A stretch of 62,662 nt of DNA, the filler included, from Rhabdomonas costata (Eukaryota): assembly GCA_019059605.1 (NCBI GenBank). It is 40 parts of 40 records of this genome, joined end to end, with 100 filler letters (N's around TTAATTAATTAA, not from the genome) between each part and the next. Parts side by side here need not be neighbours in the genome. Positions count along the whole stretch, not along the records: positions 12,562 to 14,031 come from JAHMHO010015100.1; positions 14,132 to 15,601 come from JAHMHO010015101.1; positions 15,702 to 17,172 come from JAHMHO010015102.1; positions 17,273 to 18,742 come from JAHMHO010015103.1; positions 18,843 to 20,284 come from JAHMHO010015104.1; positions 20,385 to 21,854 come from JAHMHO010015105.1; positions 21,955 to 23,424 come from JAHMHO010015106.1; positions 23,525 to 24,994 come from JAHMHO010015107.1; 32 more parts are not named here. One strand, written 5' to 3'. The position numbers and the translations under genes were made by a program. The stretch's first letter is position 1, and every line of letters begins with the position of its first letter. Shown piece after piece: positions 12,701-25,468 of the stretch. The notes under the pieces were generated by a model. That model worked only from the letters and a program-made list of their open reading frames with translations, did no database searches and was not told the origin of the DNA.

Positions 12701-14030
12701 CTCCACGGCATGGAGAACTCCGAGAGTTTCCCCGCCCTGCTCAGCACCGTATTGAGGGTACGGCCCTCCGGGGATTCCATCGTGTTCCCAGTGAGGTCAA
12801 GGCATTGAAGCTCAGGGCACTGCTGGGCAATCGCCTCGACCACTCCCCAGTTACAAGCCCCGGGACACCTGCGAGGCAATCGTTCCCCAGAACCCCTGCC
12901 CCGTTTCTCTCGTTGAGCCAAGTAACACAGGCGCACAAAGTTACTCATCTCAATGGATTTCTGAAGAGTGCCATTGCTTTCGAGCGAAACAAACCTGCAC
13001 ATGACAGCAAAAGTGAAGAGAGCAAGGCGCAGTCGGTTTCTGTCCCCGGTCATCCCTTTCCCCCGCCCTCTCTGAACAACTGCTCCATAGAGAGGGAGAC
13101 TGCTCCACTCCATCACATTTTTCTGGGGCTGAGACCGGCATATCTAGAGAGTTATTCCAACAGCTGAGAAAAAGTGCCAATGTTCGCGCAGTGTTTGCGC
13201 AACAGGCACGGCAGTAGAGGGAGCGAGACAGGCATGGGGAAGGGCTCACCGACTCAGGTTGAGCCGCACCAAAGCAGTGCACAGCGGGACGGAACGGGCA
13301 GAGGCGACCCCCCAACACCCCGCCAGGCTGAGATCCGTGAGAGTGTATGCGCACCCCCGCAGCAGGGGCTCCACCCCCGCCTCGGAGATCGAGCCGCAGA
13401 AATCCAGGGAGAGAGTACGAAGAGGGGGGCCCGCCTTGGCTATCGCGCACAGGGCGCCGTCGCGAAGCTCACTGAGTGAGTTCCAAAGACAGCCGGAACG
13501 ACAGTTGCTCCACAGAGGGTGTACGCTAACGCCCAGAAGAAACACCACTTAACAGTAAGCACAGTTTATCTTTTGCATGACAGACCACGGGAGGCAACTT
13601 CAATCATAAGCCCATTTCGGCGGAGGACGGGATCAGCGCAAAGGCATACCCTGGGATGCTGGCTCTCGACTGGGACGCGCCCAACAATATACACGACCAA
13701 GTACGTGGAAACAAAACGTCCAGGTAAAGAGCCGGTTTTTGGTTGGGTAAGCGTCAATAATTGATCGGGTGACCAGAATTGACAGCCCATGTCATGTTTT
13801 GGGGTCATTGGACCACCGCAAGCTCGAGGCTTCAGCAGCATCTAAGTAGTTGGGCAACCGCAATAGTTGGGTAGCTCAAAACAGGAACTGGAGATGCCGC
13901 ATTGGCGATAGGAAATCAGACAAGCTCGATGCAACCTGCAGTGGTTAAGCCGCAGAACGGACAGCCGCCGCAGGAAGGGGCCCAGCGACTGCAGCACACT
14001 GCTTGGTAGCCTGCAGCAACTACCACACAC
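12701..14030 (-). CDS. Cys-containing leucine-rich repeat (FBXL-like) protein, exons 14030-13936, 13471-13250, 12868-12701
   Basis: Spliced LRRLSVLRLNHCSELRDGALCAIAKAGPPLRTLSLDFCGSISEAGVEPLLRGC...LVRLNLSRCPGACNWGVVEAIAQQCPELQCLDLTG. Phase-2 GT-AG introns. Confidence 0.85.
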
Positions 14031-15701
14031 ANNNNNNNNNNNNNNNNNNNNNNNNNNNNNNNNNNNNNNNNNNNNTTAATTAATTAANNNNNNNNNNNNN
14101 NNNNNNNNNNNNNNNNNNNNNNNNNNNNNNNTGTTGGGGTGGTCAAAGGGGTCACACTGCTGGAGGCGCCGAGGATCGATGACTGCCTGGAGGAGGTGTC
14201 GCGGTACCTCCCATGCGGGGTATACCACACCGGAGCTCCCAGCCGCTACCATTGCTGCCTGCAGGAGGTGTCCTTTTGAATCAGTCGATATCTATCCGAC
14301 AATTTGTACCCTCCTATGCTTGTTATCCGCGTGGGTGCCGCTCCATGGCTGGGAACCGTGCGAAATTCTGCTGATTGGATGCCTTATGTCCCACTCGTGA
14401 CCTCTCCAACCACCACACAAAATTTGGCAAAATGAAATTTGAAAATATATCAGCCCCGAGAACGTACAACTTACCCTGCCTTGTCTTCTTTGACCCGAAA
14501 AACAGTCCATGTTGTGGGTGTTGTATGGGTATGGGTTTGCCCATTTTCTTATTTATTCAATGTGGCATGCAGATTTCTATTTCTTATTGAGGAGTGCGGG
14601 AGGAACGGGCTCCGTGGCCACCTGCTCCTTGCGCCAGAGATGCAGGATTGACTGACTCTGGAGTGATCATTGGAAAAGTGCATTTTGAGGAAAATTTGAG
14701 CTGGGTTCGACTCACCGTTCTGCGCACGGTGGACGGTAGCTTTCTTCGGACACCTCACCACCCGACAGGTCTGCTTCTACCTGGACTGGTTGCAGGAGTA
14801 CTGGCCGCAGTTCGTGTGGTCAGGCACCCCTCAAGCCCTCTCCGTTGCTCAGGACAGCTTGGCGTCCTTGGGAGACTCTTCTCCGTTGCTGCAAAACCGC
14901 TCGCAGCAGGATGAAGGTGGGCACAGTGAGCGCAGCGTTGGTGGGACCCTTAACGCAGACCGCCGCCAAACAGGCCACATCACCACCCGAATCTCACAAC
15001 CTTCCCAGGGCCCCAGCAGTGTTGGCTGTGGTGGCCCCATGGGGGCCTCTGACGGGCCTGCGCTGCTCCCCTTCCGCCTGTTTTTGAGGGTAGTGGTGAA
15101 GCAGCTTGGTTATGTGGTTAGGTCCTCACAAGTAAACACTTAACACGGTTCTCAAGAAAAATTTTTATTTTCCGCAATGATTGTGTCGCGGCCCGGTGGG
15201 TGGAATGGGGGGACATCATTTCCGAAACGTGCCTGCCACGTGCTGCGTACTTCATCCTGTGTAGATGGGCTCAGGGAAGAGGCTTGATCCCGCCGTTTCT
15301 GGCCCGATTAATCTGCTGATCGGTTCCATCTGCTCCACCACCCCTGTTTATTTTACCCACGTGGAGAGCCACCATTCGGCTCCGCCCCGTCCCAGAGCCC
15401 CCATAGCTCCAAGTGGCTACTTGCTTGGACACAAACGGACGCTGGCTGAGCACCAGGGGGGCTTGCGCCCCATCTCAGGCTCTGATTGCCGCGCCCAAAC
15501 TCGCAGTGAGCCGGCGCCCTTGGAGACTGGGGTGGAGTTAGGAGCGGAGAGCGACGGGGTGGAGGATGGCAGTGACAGTGGCAGCGGCAGAGACTCCGAG
15601 GNNNNNNNNNNNNNNNNNNNNNNNNNNNNNNNNNNNNNNNNNNNNTTAATTAATTAANNNNNNNNNNNNNNNNNNNNNNNNNNNNNNNNNNNNNNNNNNN
15701 N

Positions 15702-15808
15702 GTTAGACGTCTAACGGTGTTGGACGTCTAACGCCCGTTAGACGACCGTCTAACGCCCGTTAGACGACCGTCTAACACCCGTTAGACGACCGTCTAACAC
15801 CCGTTAGA
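15702..15808. repeat. Tandem array of 22-bp self-complementary units GTTAGACG-AC-CGTCTAAC-RCCC
   Basis: Units start at 15737, 15759, 15781 and 15803 (partial), preceded by two shorter palindromic variants. Confidence 0.95.
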
Positions 15809-17326
15809 GGGCCCCCCCCCCAACTGTGCAAGCCTCTTTTTCCGAACTCTTTTTGTGATCATTTTTTGTAGCTTGCCCTTGCCCGTCAGGCGCGTGTGGG
15901 TTCGGCATCAAACTCTCAGGATGTGAGGGGAAGAAAGGCACAAGAGAGCGGGAGAGATAAAGAGCCGCTGTGCAAGGACGGCCTGGCAACCTTTTCGCCT
16001 CCTTTAGGCAGTCAAAAATGAAGGTCCCTGGCACCCCGAGTTTCAGTCACTGGAATTTCTCCTCCCACCGTGTCTTCTAATCTAAGTTTTGTTACTTTTT
16101 ACTCGAATTCCAGTATAGCTGGTGTGGGTTTCACTTGTGATGTTTTTGCAAAGCAAACTTCAACAAGTCGAAACCCTGAGGAAAAGCAAGTACAACGAGA
16201 TTCAATCAAACACCACCACCACATGTCAGCAAATTACAAAACCCGTTACGCTCTGTACTGCCTTTTTAAATGACCTTCCATTCTCAGTTTTTGCGTCCAC
16301 CGGAGAGCCCACGTCCGAGTGTGACTCCGACTCTGCCCACAGCAGTGTGCTGAGCCTGAGATCCCCAGTGGCCTCGAAAGCCTCACTGCACAATGCTGTG
16401 CTTCTCAAAAGGTGTTTCTTGGTGTGGCGGTGTCGCTGGGCTCAGCTTATTTGCTGACATGGTTTCAGCCACAAAGAGATGGTGCAGTACCAACAGTATA
16501 ATGCCGTTTATTTTGTCTGCGTCACTAAGTTTCCATGTTATTCTATATAATTCTGGTGGGTGGGTTTTCACCACCTCTTCATGTTTGGCCTGGTTGCACT
16601 GTTTGCGCCTATTGTTTGCCGTGTTTACGGGCGACTTCTCATGGTTTGCTTCACGCTCGGCTTTTTGCTTCTTCCTCCCTTCTACCACACCCTTTGCGCC
16701 TCTTTTTCATTTTCTTTCGTGGTCATTCGGCTGAACTGCATGGGCCAAACAAACCTCTGCGCTGTGTGCCTTGGGACGATCTGCGCTTGATTTCAGGCCA
16801 AATCCTTGCTACATTCTGCACGTGCCGCAAGCCCTAGAGCAGAAGGAGGCTTTCCTGCTGACCCCGGTGCCCGCAAGCTGTGGAGCTGTACGCTGCTCGG
16901 TGATTCGGGAAAAGAAGCTGCTGCAGACCAATTATATGCTTGTGCTTGAGGTGTGTGCCCTTTCAGTTTCCTTTCAGTTTGAGTTTTTTCTTTAAGTTTT
17001 TCAAGCAAGAGAGGTATCTTTTTCTTTTTCTTTTTTGGTGGTTGTTCTTTCGTCTTACTCAAGCGTGCACGCGAGGAACAGAAGGGAACATCATCCCTGA
17101 ACAGTATATCTGTACACTGCAAAGGCAAAGGAAGATAGCGGAGCCTCTTGTCTCTATATTTTCCACACCAACNNNNNNNNNNNNNNNNNNNNNNNNNNNN
17201 NNNNNNNNNNNNNNNNTTAATTAATTAANNNNNNNNNNNNNNNNNNNNNNNNNNNNNNNNNNNNNNNNNNNNATGCAGGAGGAGGTCGTGGGGTCGACCC
17301 TGGTTACAGTGTTTTTTTCCTCGCAG

Positions 17327-18289
17327 CGACCTGCGGCGGCTTTAGCTGTCCCGCCGGCTGCACCAATAGAAGTTCGTCCACATTGTGCTCAACCGCCACC
17401 TGCAGCGTGGATGAGTGCTGCGCTGGTGCGCATATTTTGCCTTCATGAAGACAGTATGTGATTTAGCTGCGAAGGTGGAACAGCCATGTTGAGTCACACC
17501 GGCACTTCATCGCCAATGTCCCCAGGTGGGACGGATCTGCTGTGTTGTCGGTCAGTCCACCGCATTTCATCACTGCCGACTGCTTGTATGATTCAAAATA
17601 GGCTTGTCGTCCGTGCCCCTAATGAGCAATGCAGCCTGTGTGCTGGCAAGCAGGAAATTCTCCTTTTTCCAGCCCGGCACTGCAGAAAAGGCCTCATACG
17701 GTCCCCAATCAGCCCTCTAATGCGCAATTTGGGGCAGTGTCATACGGAAACATTGCGGCCCACCCCCGATGCCCACTTGACCTCTCCTGGGCACTCACCC
17801 TTCCACGAAGTATGGTGCTCAGTCGGCGAGTCTAGCTCAAGTTATGATGCACGACACCCGTGCCAGCTTCTCCGGTCCGGTTTTTTCGGCACCCATCCCA
17901 TGTGGGAAGTCTCCCAGCGAATAGTTGAAGTAGTGATCCCGCCCCTGACAATTACTTCTGAAAGTTGGTGCAGGTTCGGAGGCCTTTAAGGAAAGATAGA
18001 TGGGTGCTGCTGGAACACCCCCCAGGAAGAGAGGAATTATGTTGTATCAGACTGAATTGATTCTCATGTCTGGTGGTATCCTGTGATCGATGGAGCACGA
18101 AAAAGCCCTTCCGTGAAATTTGGGATTTTTCCGTTGGGTTGGCTGTGAGAAGGTTATGGGGTCAATCCTGGTTGCATGTTTCCCCCGCAGCGACGTGCGA
18201 TGGTTTCAGCTGTCTCACGGGCTACACTCCGAGAAGTTCAGCTACATTGTGCTCATCCGTGACTTGCACCGTGGATGAGTGCTGCGCTG
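17327..18289 (+). CDS. Cys-rich repeat surface protein, two paralogous 99-bp exons (17327-17425, 18191-18289)
   Basis: TCGGFSCPAGCTNRSSSTLCSTATCSVDECCA and TCDGFSCLTGYTPRSSATLCSSVTCTVDECCA, each bounded by CGCAG| and |GTGCGC, phase 1-1. Confidence 0.85.
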
Positions 18290-19443
18290 GTGCGCATATT
18301 TTGCCTTCAGGAGGAAATCACAGATGGTGAAGAGCTTCGGTTATACGCTCCCCCATTGCCGGGCCATTTAGACCCTGTATTTGGGCATGGTGGTTGCACT
18401 CACTGACCACCTCATCCAGGTTTCGGAGGCGACGCACATCTCCCTTTTGGGAGTCTTGGGTGGTGACACGCGTAATCATGAATTTCCGACTTGAGATAGA
18501 ATTAATTTGCCCTGCAGTACTATTCACCCCCCGAGTAGTGATTACTATTCAGCTGAATAATGCCCCGAATAGTGATTGTGAGCAGTGGGGTCGGCTAATA
18601 CACGTGAACCTGTCTTGAGACAGGATCTGGATCTCGTAGGGCTGGGCATAGCTCATGACTCTATCTTATAAGCCACGTTTTTCCAACGGCAGCAACTTTT
18701 TTTATCAAGATATTAGCATGATTACTCCCCCCCCCAACACCCNNNNNNNNNNNNNNNNNNNNNNNNNNNNNNNNNNNNNNNNNNNNTTAATTAATTAANN
18801 NNNNNNNNNNNNNNNNNNNNNNNNNNNNNNNNNNNNNNNNNNTTTGTGTGTTGGAGCTGCCCGATAACCGCCGCCGCCGCCGCCGCCGCAGCTGCGCCCT
18901 CCACCGCAGTGGTGGAAGCTGCTCCTGCCGCGCCGCAAGGTGCCTGCTTGCCTCAGTCGGTTTGGTGACCTGCAAAAGCGTTTTGGCAACCATCGACCTT
19001 GGCAGTGGGACTTGGGAGGGCGGCTTGTGTGGCTGTGGAAGTCTGTTTGTGGTTCTTTCGTGGACGAGTTTTTGTTGATTCGAAGCGAAGCCGCGGGTTT
19101 TGATTTCCCATGTGCATCGAATACAAAGCGAAGGTTGCGTCGGGAAAGCACGTCGTCACGATTTGGGCAAGACAGGTATTCATGAGCATGATGAGAAAAT
19201 CACTGCAGTGCGGTAAGAGGAGTTGGCGTGGTAGGCAGCAGAAGTATGAAGGAGCCAACCAAAAGTGCTCATCGAAACAGCGACTAGTGTAGTGTACCAA
19301 GCGCTTTTTAGTTTGGTTGTGGAAGGGTGCGGATGAGGGTATGGGAGGGCGCAATCTTGAAGCAGAGAAGCCATGGCGCTGCAGAGACGAGGGGATGCTT
19401 TTTCGTTTTCGCTGTAGTTATGTGGGTGACTCTGTTTCCGCAG

Positions 19444-20029
19444 GGCTTCCGTGTCTTAAAGAGCAGGGATTCTGCAACCTTGACTGCAAGAAGTTTGACA
19501 TGGAGTGCATCCCATGTCCCCTTGCAAAGGACGAGTGGATCTGCCCAGCTGTTCCGAAGCCTCCCCAAGGTGCCTCTCTAACCATAACCACCGTGATGAC
19601 ATTCGTGGATCGTGTGATCCGCAGCTCTGCCTCTGCGCGGCCGATTGAACCCGATCTAAGACCATCCTCCTTTCCGTCAGCAACGAGGTGGAACACAACA
19701 GAGCACGGCAAGTCACGGTACAATCACAGTGAATGGCGTTCCGATAATTCTGGAGTTCTTCTGTCTCCGAGGGCCCCAGGCAAAAGATAACCTTTTCCCC
19801 TTGTGCAAAAACAAACCTGTCCTAATCCTTTCTCCATTCGAATAGGAAACAAAGATTATTCGTAAATGAAAGGACACTTCCCTCATGAGGGGGTTTTGGC
19901 CTGTCAAAGGGCATCTCTTGATTTTTGTTTTTTCTGCAGTTCCCTGTCTCCCGACGCAAGACGTGTGTGACCCGATCTGCGACAGGCTCTTCCAGAAGAA
20001 GTGTATCCCATGCACGAAACCGCAAAAGG
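19444..20029 (+). CDS. Cys-rich repeat protein, exons 19444-19569 and 19940-20029
   Basis: PCLKEQGFCNLDCKKFDMECIPC and PCLPTQDVCDPICDRLFQKKCIPC in AG/GT-bounded phase 1-1 exons. Confidence 0.65.
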
Positions 20030-21959
20030 GTCTGCCCCCACCCCGGCATCTGTACTTTTGCTTCGTTTCCTTCCGTTTCCCGGGAACTTTGCAGGCCTGT
20101 GTTTGAGTAGGCAGCGCTTTCGGCCGGGGCTGCGTACGGCAAGCTGCCACCGGAGTGGGCTTGCACAGAGCTTTTCCGGCTAGCTTCCTTATGAGGGAAA
20201 GGACCAGTTTTCTGGCAGGCACACCGTCCGCCTGGCAGCACGCCTGTGGCGCCGGGAATGATTTCTTTTTTCTTGGTTTGTGTTNNNNNNNNNNNNNNNN
20301 NNNNNNNNNNNNNNNNNNNNNNNNNNNNTTAATTAATTAANNNNNNNNNNNNNNNNNNNNNNNNNNNNNNNNNNNNNNNNNNNNTGTGGGGGTTGTATTC
20401 ACCCGCTTCCCTTTTCCTCCCCCATTTGTAAACATTCCCAGGTTTGCTCCCCTCCCCCAGGAACTCATCCAAGGCGTCCATGGTTCATGGTAAGAGGTTA
20501 GAAGTGGGTCCTCAGTGGTTTTCACTGGTTTTGGACCAGGATTCCGTTTTGGTGGAACGTAACCCTTCCCCACACACTATTCCTGCAAAGCACCATATCA
20601 AATCAGGGGAAGGGCGTGGAGGGGCGGAAGGCCTGCCTGGAATCATCATTCCTTCACCGTATAAATCCGGAGGCCCAAACGTTAGGGGGGCTGAGCAGGG
20701 TGTCCTCCGCTTCGCCCAAAACCAAATCTTTCGAAATTTCGAAGTTTTCTTGCGAAAAAAGCCGCCAAGGGCGTGGGTGGGACACCGCCCGCTTTCAGCA
20801 ATAAAAATCTGCAGGGGGGAGGGTTAACTATTATTGTTCCTCCGTCCCCGTTTCCTAGACCCTTAAAGACCTGTGTTGATAAACCCTTCCCCGTAAAGGT
20901 TTGATCCTCTGCTTGGAGAATGTGTGTCTGGGGACTCACCAAAGCAAAAGTCGAAAACCTCCTGTCCACACTTTGTAATAAAACTTTCAACGTGTTGCGT
21001 TGTTGTGTTGTCGTTGGGTGTGCTTGAGGGTTCTTGTATTCCCTCTGATCTGCTGGAGTGTGAATTTGAACTTGTGGCTGGGTTGTCTGAGGTCTACGGA
21101 GTCCAATGTAGTGTTCGTGGTGGTGTAGTTCTTGGTGGTTCAAGCTCAATGACTCCACCCATTCACCAATTCCCCGTAGTGAGACACCACAACTGTTGCT
21201 GCGTTGCTATTGCGAAATGGCAACACCATGAACGAAAATCATTCCAAAATTCACCGCGGCACCATACAACACTCCGGAAATGTACTGCAACAGTTTTGAA
21301 TGAACAGAACACAACATTTTACCAAAAGGTATGCGCACAGGCCAAAAACCTGGAAAATAATTCCTGACTGCCTTCAGCCCAGCGGTCACGCCTGCCGCAC
21401 AGAAGGCCAAAGGCCTCCACCAAAGGCGCCTCACCTATTGCGTCCGTTATGTTTTTCGGAAACCCTGGATTTTACGTTTCTTTACGTTTTTCTCACCAGT
21501 GTAAAGAGGCAAATCCTGCACAAACCAGTTAGTCACACCAAGGTGTGTTTTATTTGTGTACGTAATGAAGAAAAATCACCGATGAAAGTTGAAAGTGAAT
21601 TTCAGTGAAAGTCTTACCACCAGTGAACTATGCCCCCCCTCACACACACATAACAGCATTTCCACACCCATCCACCAAAGGCGAACTCGTGACACTTCCT
21701 CCTCCTCCGACTGTCCCAGTCACCCAAAACAACAGCCATGTATATCGTGTTGTACACACTCCCTGGGCCGTGCAACCTGCGACTGACGGGCGCCAGAGAT
21801 CGCTTTTTCTGCCTCTCATTGTGTGTTTTGTCAGCCTTGAAAAAAGCGTATAAANNNNNNNNNNNNNNNNNNNNNNNNNNNNNNNNNNNNNNNNNNNNTT
21901 AATTAATTAANNNNNNNNNNNNNNNNNNNNNNNNNNNNNNNNNNNNNNNNNNNNGGTGG

Positions 21960-22090
21960 TGTGTATCGGTCACCGGGTCCAGGATTTCTAGCACACCACA
22001 TTCAATAGTAAACACTATTGTCTTCTTGATATTACTGTTTACTAGTGAATGTGGTGTGCTAGAAATCCTGGAACCGGTGACCGATACACA
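21960..22090. repeat. About 130-bp imperfect hairpin (MITE-like or fold-back)
   Basis: Arms of about 45 bp with one mismatch, plus inner TAGTAAACA/TGTTTACTA arms. Confidence 0.8.
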
Positions 22091-25000
22091 GCACACGTCT
22101 GCCCAAATGCAAGGTTCCAGTCGTTTTTATATGCCTTGGATGTTTTGGAACACTCAAGTGCGCTGCGTGTACCACATTTCAGCAGACATTGGCCACATCA
22201 TTTCAGTAGACATTGCGCAGCGTGTGAGGAGCATATTGGACTGACATACTTACGTCCTTCACCAGTGCAGTTGCTACATCCACGTTGCCGATTCCAATGC
22301 GCAGAATGCGGGATTTGGGATCAGGAGACCATGCCGGGGCATGGTTGTCTTGTCCCAGCAGATTGAATGTTTCCATCGTTCCTACTGTAGACGTTTCTTT
22401 CGTCAATCAGTAAAGGCAGCACATTCGTCGCACGATGCAGCGCGCAGCACGTTATAGTTTTGTTTTGGACTTTGGCAACTGCGGAGGATGTTAGAGGCGG
22501 CATGAGGTCCCAAAACATGTCGGTTTTTTGAGAGAGACATGGAGCTTATCAAACTCCTGGTTAAGCTCCAGTTGAAAATATTTGCGCAGGTAGCTTTCGC
22601 TGATCAGACTCACACTATACAGCATGGAATATTCAGAGACGAGTTGTATTTGATCATTGATCAGTTTACAGATGATAATCAAGCTTTTTTCAATCTAGCA
22701 TACAATTTAAATATGGTTGCAGTGTAAATTTAAGCCTTGCGCTACTTTCAGAAGACGTGTTTTTGAACGCAGATCCGCCTGCTTTTATGTGATGTAATTG
22801 GAAATTATGGTTCTGCAAATACGTTGGAAGAATTTGCGAATCAACGGTTATAGATAAATTACGTAAGTAAACTGCAAACATTTATCTCGTTAATGCTACA
22901 CAAATATTCTATAACACTCTTAGTTTTGGATATTACTATAGATAATAAACTATTAACACTATTAACATTAAATTTGCGGTCATAAAGTGATACTTTAAGG
23001 TGTGCAAAAACATTTTAAATGTAAAACTCTCAAATCTAAACACAATTAACTATTCACATGAAAACATATTGATTCTGAAAAACGGCGTTACTAAATGGAG
23101 GCATTTGCTACACGATGGCAGGAGTTTGTGTAACTTCTGTGTTTATTTGTTCGAACTTACGTGTAATTTTTGTGGTATCACTTGTTGTGAGCACTGAAGT
23201 TTTGAATATTTTGTTATTGTAACAGTAGCGCGTAGTATCATACAAAGTTGTTTTAGTTGTTTTACTTGTGGTATTTTACATTTTTATCTGGAACTGGGTG
23301 TTTATAACGTATTAATTGGGAATGTTTTAGGCGTGCCTTATAAGTTCAATTTAATAATGTAACAAAGTTCACTATCATTTTCATACGACATTTAGGACAG
23401 CAAGAGCAAACTGATGGTGATCATNNNNNNNNNNNNNNNNNNNNNNNNNNNNNNNNNNNNNNNNNNNNTTAATTAATTAANNNNNNNNNNNNNNNNNNNN
23501 NNNNNNNNNNNNNNNNNNNNNNNNGTTTTGGGTGCGCGGCAGGGTACCTCGGTGGGGGCAGTCTGAGCTGCACCTCGAGCGGGGCCTGGACTCAGAGCGG
23601 CAGTTGTGGTCTGCTCTGCCCTCCTGTCCTTCTCCTTTTCCTCGTAAGTGCAGCCCTGTACAGCCATGCCCTTGCCTTAATGCATTGCTGGGTGTGTTTT
23701 CTTTACAAGCTTCGGTGCCGGCTTCATTTTTGCCCCATTGCTTGGGTGGAATTGTGACCTCTGCCAGGTGTAAAGACCAGGTTTTTTTCCTGTCTGCAAC
23801 CATCGTTGCTCTAACGCGGTGCTGTTCGGACGACGACAAGTACCAAAATCAGCCCGTCGACCTTTCTGGGTTTGTTCCGCCGTTGTTCTACCCAGCTGGA
23901 GTGGTACCCGCAGTGTTTAGTCGAGTCTCTGCATGTTTGGCGGCTGCGGCGGGGGATGGGGTCCCTGAAGGCGGCTACCAACAGCAGGCAGTGGACTTAC
24001 GAAAGCTCGCCACCACGATAAACCTGGATATACCGGACAAAATGCAGGGGAGAGCGCGAAGACCTCCGCACGGAAGCGTTATACTAACACAACACCCGTG
24101 CTCCTGCATGTCGGCGGGCTAGAGGAAGCGCTCGGCCTCGGAGCGGAGGGCGCGGCGAGCGTAGCAACGCCGTACCGCACTGCCGATCGGGGATTAGAAA
24201 GTGGCAGCACTAGGTTCGGCGGCAACAGAGCCTCATCTACTCCTCACCCTTGGAGACAAGGCTTGTCAGGGGTCATTGTGGGTCAGTGGAAATTTGCTGC
24301 TGCAGAGACCGTATGATGGATACTGTCTCGCGTTGAAGTGTTCCTGCAGCTGATTGGCGAGTGGTGCTGGTGTGATCAAGAGGCGACTGAAAAGGAAACC
24401 CTGGGGAGCACCAGTGGGGCTCCAATTGGGAGCCTCCGGGCACTCATGTGAGGACGTTCCCACAGGCTCGCGGCGAAGGCGGAGTTGATGCAGGCAAGGC
24501 TGTCCTGCTGGCACAGGCTGCTGTCCGCTGGGCCACCCAGCGAAGGGCGAATCAGCACAAAGTTGGCTTGGTCTGGCTCTGCCACGTCGATAGACGAGTG
24601 CCCTGCCTGCTGAGCTGGCCTCCCTCCGCCGAGAAAGGGTCCTGCCCCCGGCTGCGCCTTGCTCTCTTGGAAAACACTCGTCCTCCCGCCATCTGAGGGT
24701 GCACGGCTGTTTGGTTGGGCGCCACATTGGTTGGGCTGTGGTGGGTTCCCTTCCTTGCGAAAATATTGCAGCACAGGCTAGATGTGTTTGTAGTGGTTAA
24801 CCGCGTCCATTTCCCCAATATCTTTTTGTCGGTTGTCCTCAGCACGACGTTGACATTGTAGCCCCAAGCCTCCGCTTCCTTTTTCTGGTGCACGCTGCAT
24901 CCAAAAATTTGGCTAGCCTTGTGTTTCCGTCTACTGTGGCTTCTTTTTCTTCTTTTCTCTGCATTTACCTTATCTGCCCCCCACCCCCCCAACANNNNNN

Positions 25001-25104
25001 NNNNNNNNNNNNNNNNNNNNNNNNNNNNNNNNNNNNNNTTAATTAATTAANNNNNNNNNNNNNNNNNNNNNNNNNNNNNNNNNNNNNNNNNNNNGGGTTG
25101 GTGG

Positions 25105-25225
25105 TGTTTGACGGTGTTAAACGGTTAGCGCAAAATTTTTGGATGCCCCCTCCCCATGGCACGTTGCCGCCTCATCTGCCCGCTCCGGACTCACCGCAGC
25201 CTGGCTTCCGCACCTAAACTAATCT
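25105..25225 (+). repeat. Interspersed repeat family copy 1 (diverged)
   Basis: GTGTTAAACGG...CCCCATGG.ACGT...CCGCAGCCTGGC...CGCACCTAAACTAATC is collinear with the copies at 25890-26020 (-) and 48211-48350 (+). Confidence 0.65.
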
Positions 25226-25335
25226 TGTCCCAATCGACACCCACAAAGGCTAAAAAAAGCCTGACCGCCCATCCCCCACCCAATATCCCCAAGTTAAATT
25301 GTTCCCAGCATCAGCAATTTAGCAATTAGCTGTGC

Positions 25336-25468
25336 CTGGACTCTCGGGGTTCTGGAAGGAGTACGCGCACTCGTCCTTGTAGATGCGGTCCCCCGCGACG
25401 GGCACGCGGAGCTCGGGCAAGAAGGGCCGCAGCACGGCGGCATCGACGGCAGTCCCACTGCCACTCAT
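25336..25468 (-). CDS. USP5: Ubiquitin-specific protease 5/13 (isopeptidase T, UBP14) first exon
   Basis: MSGSGTAVDAAVLRPFLPELRVPVAGDRIYKDECAYSFQNPESP matches the USP5 N-terminus (IRVP..GDRV.KDEC.FSF..PES). Too short for the ORF track. Confidence 0.9.

Noticed and set aside
14695-14730. tRNA (GGTTCGACTC T-loop-like)
   Set aside because: No T-stem pairing and no cloverleaf.
15737-15808. CRISPR array
   Set aside because: The palindromic repeats are directly adjacent with no unique spacers, there are no cas genes, and the context is eukaryotic.
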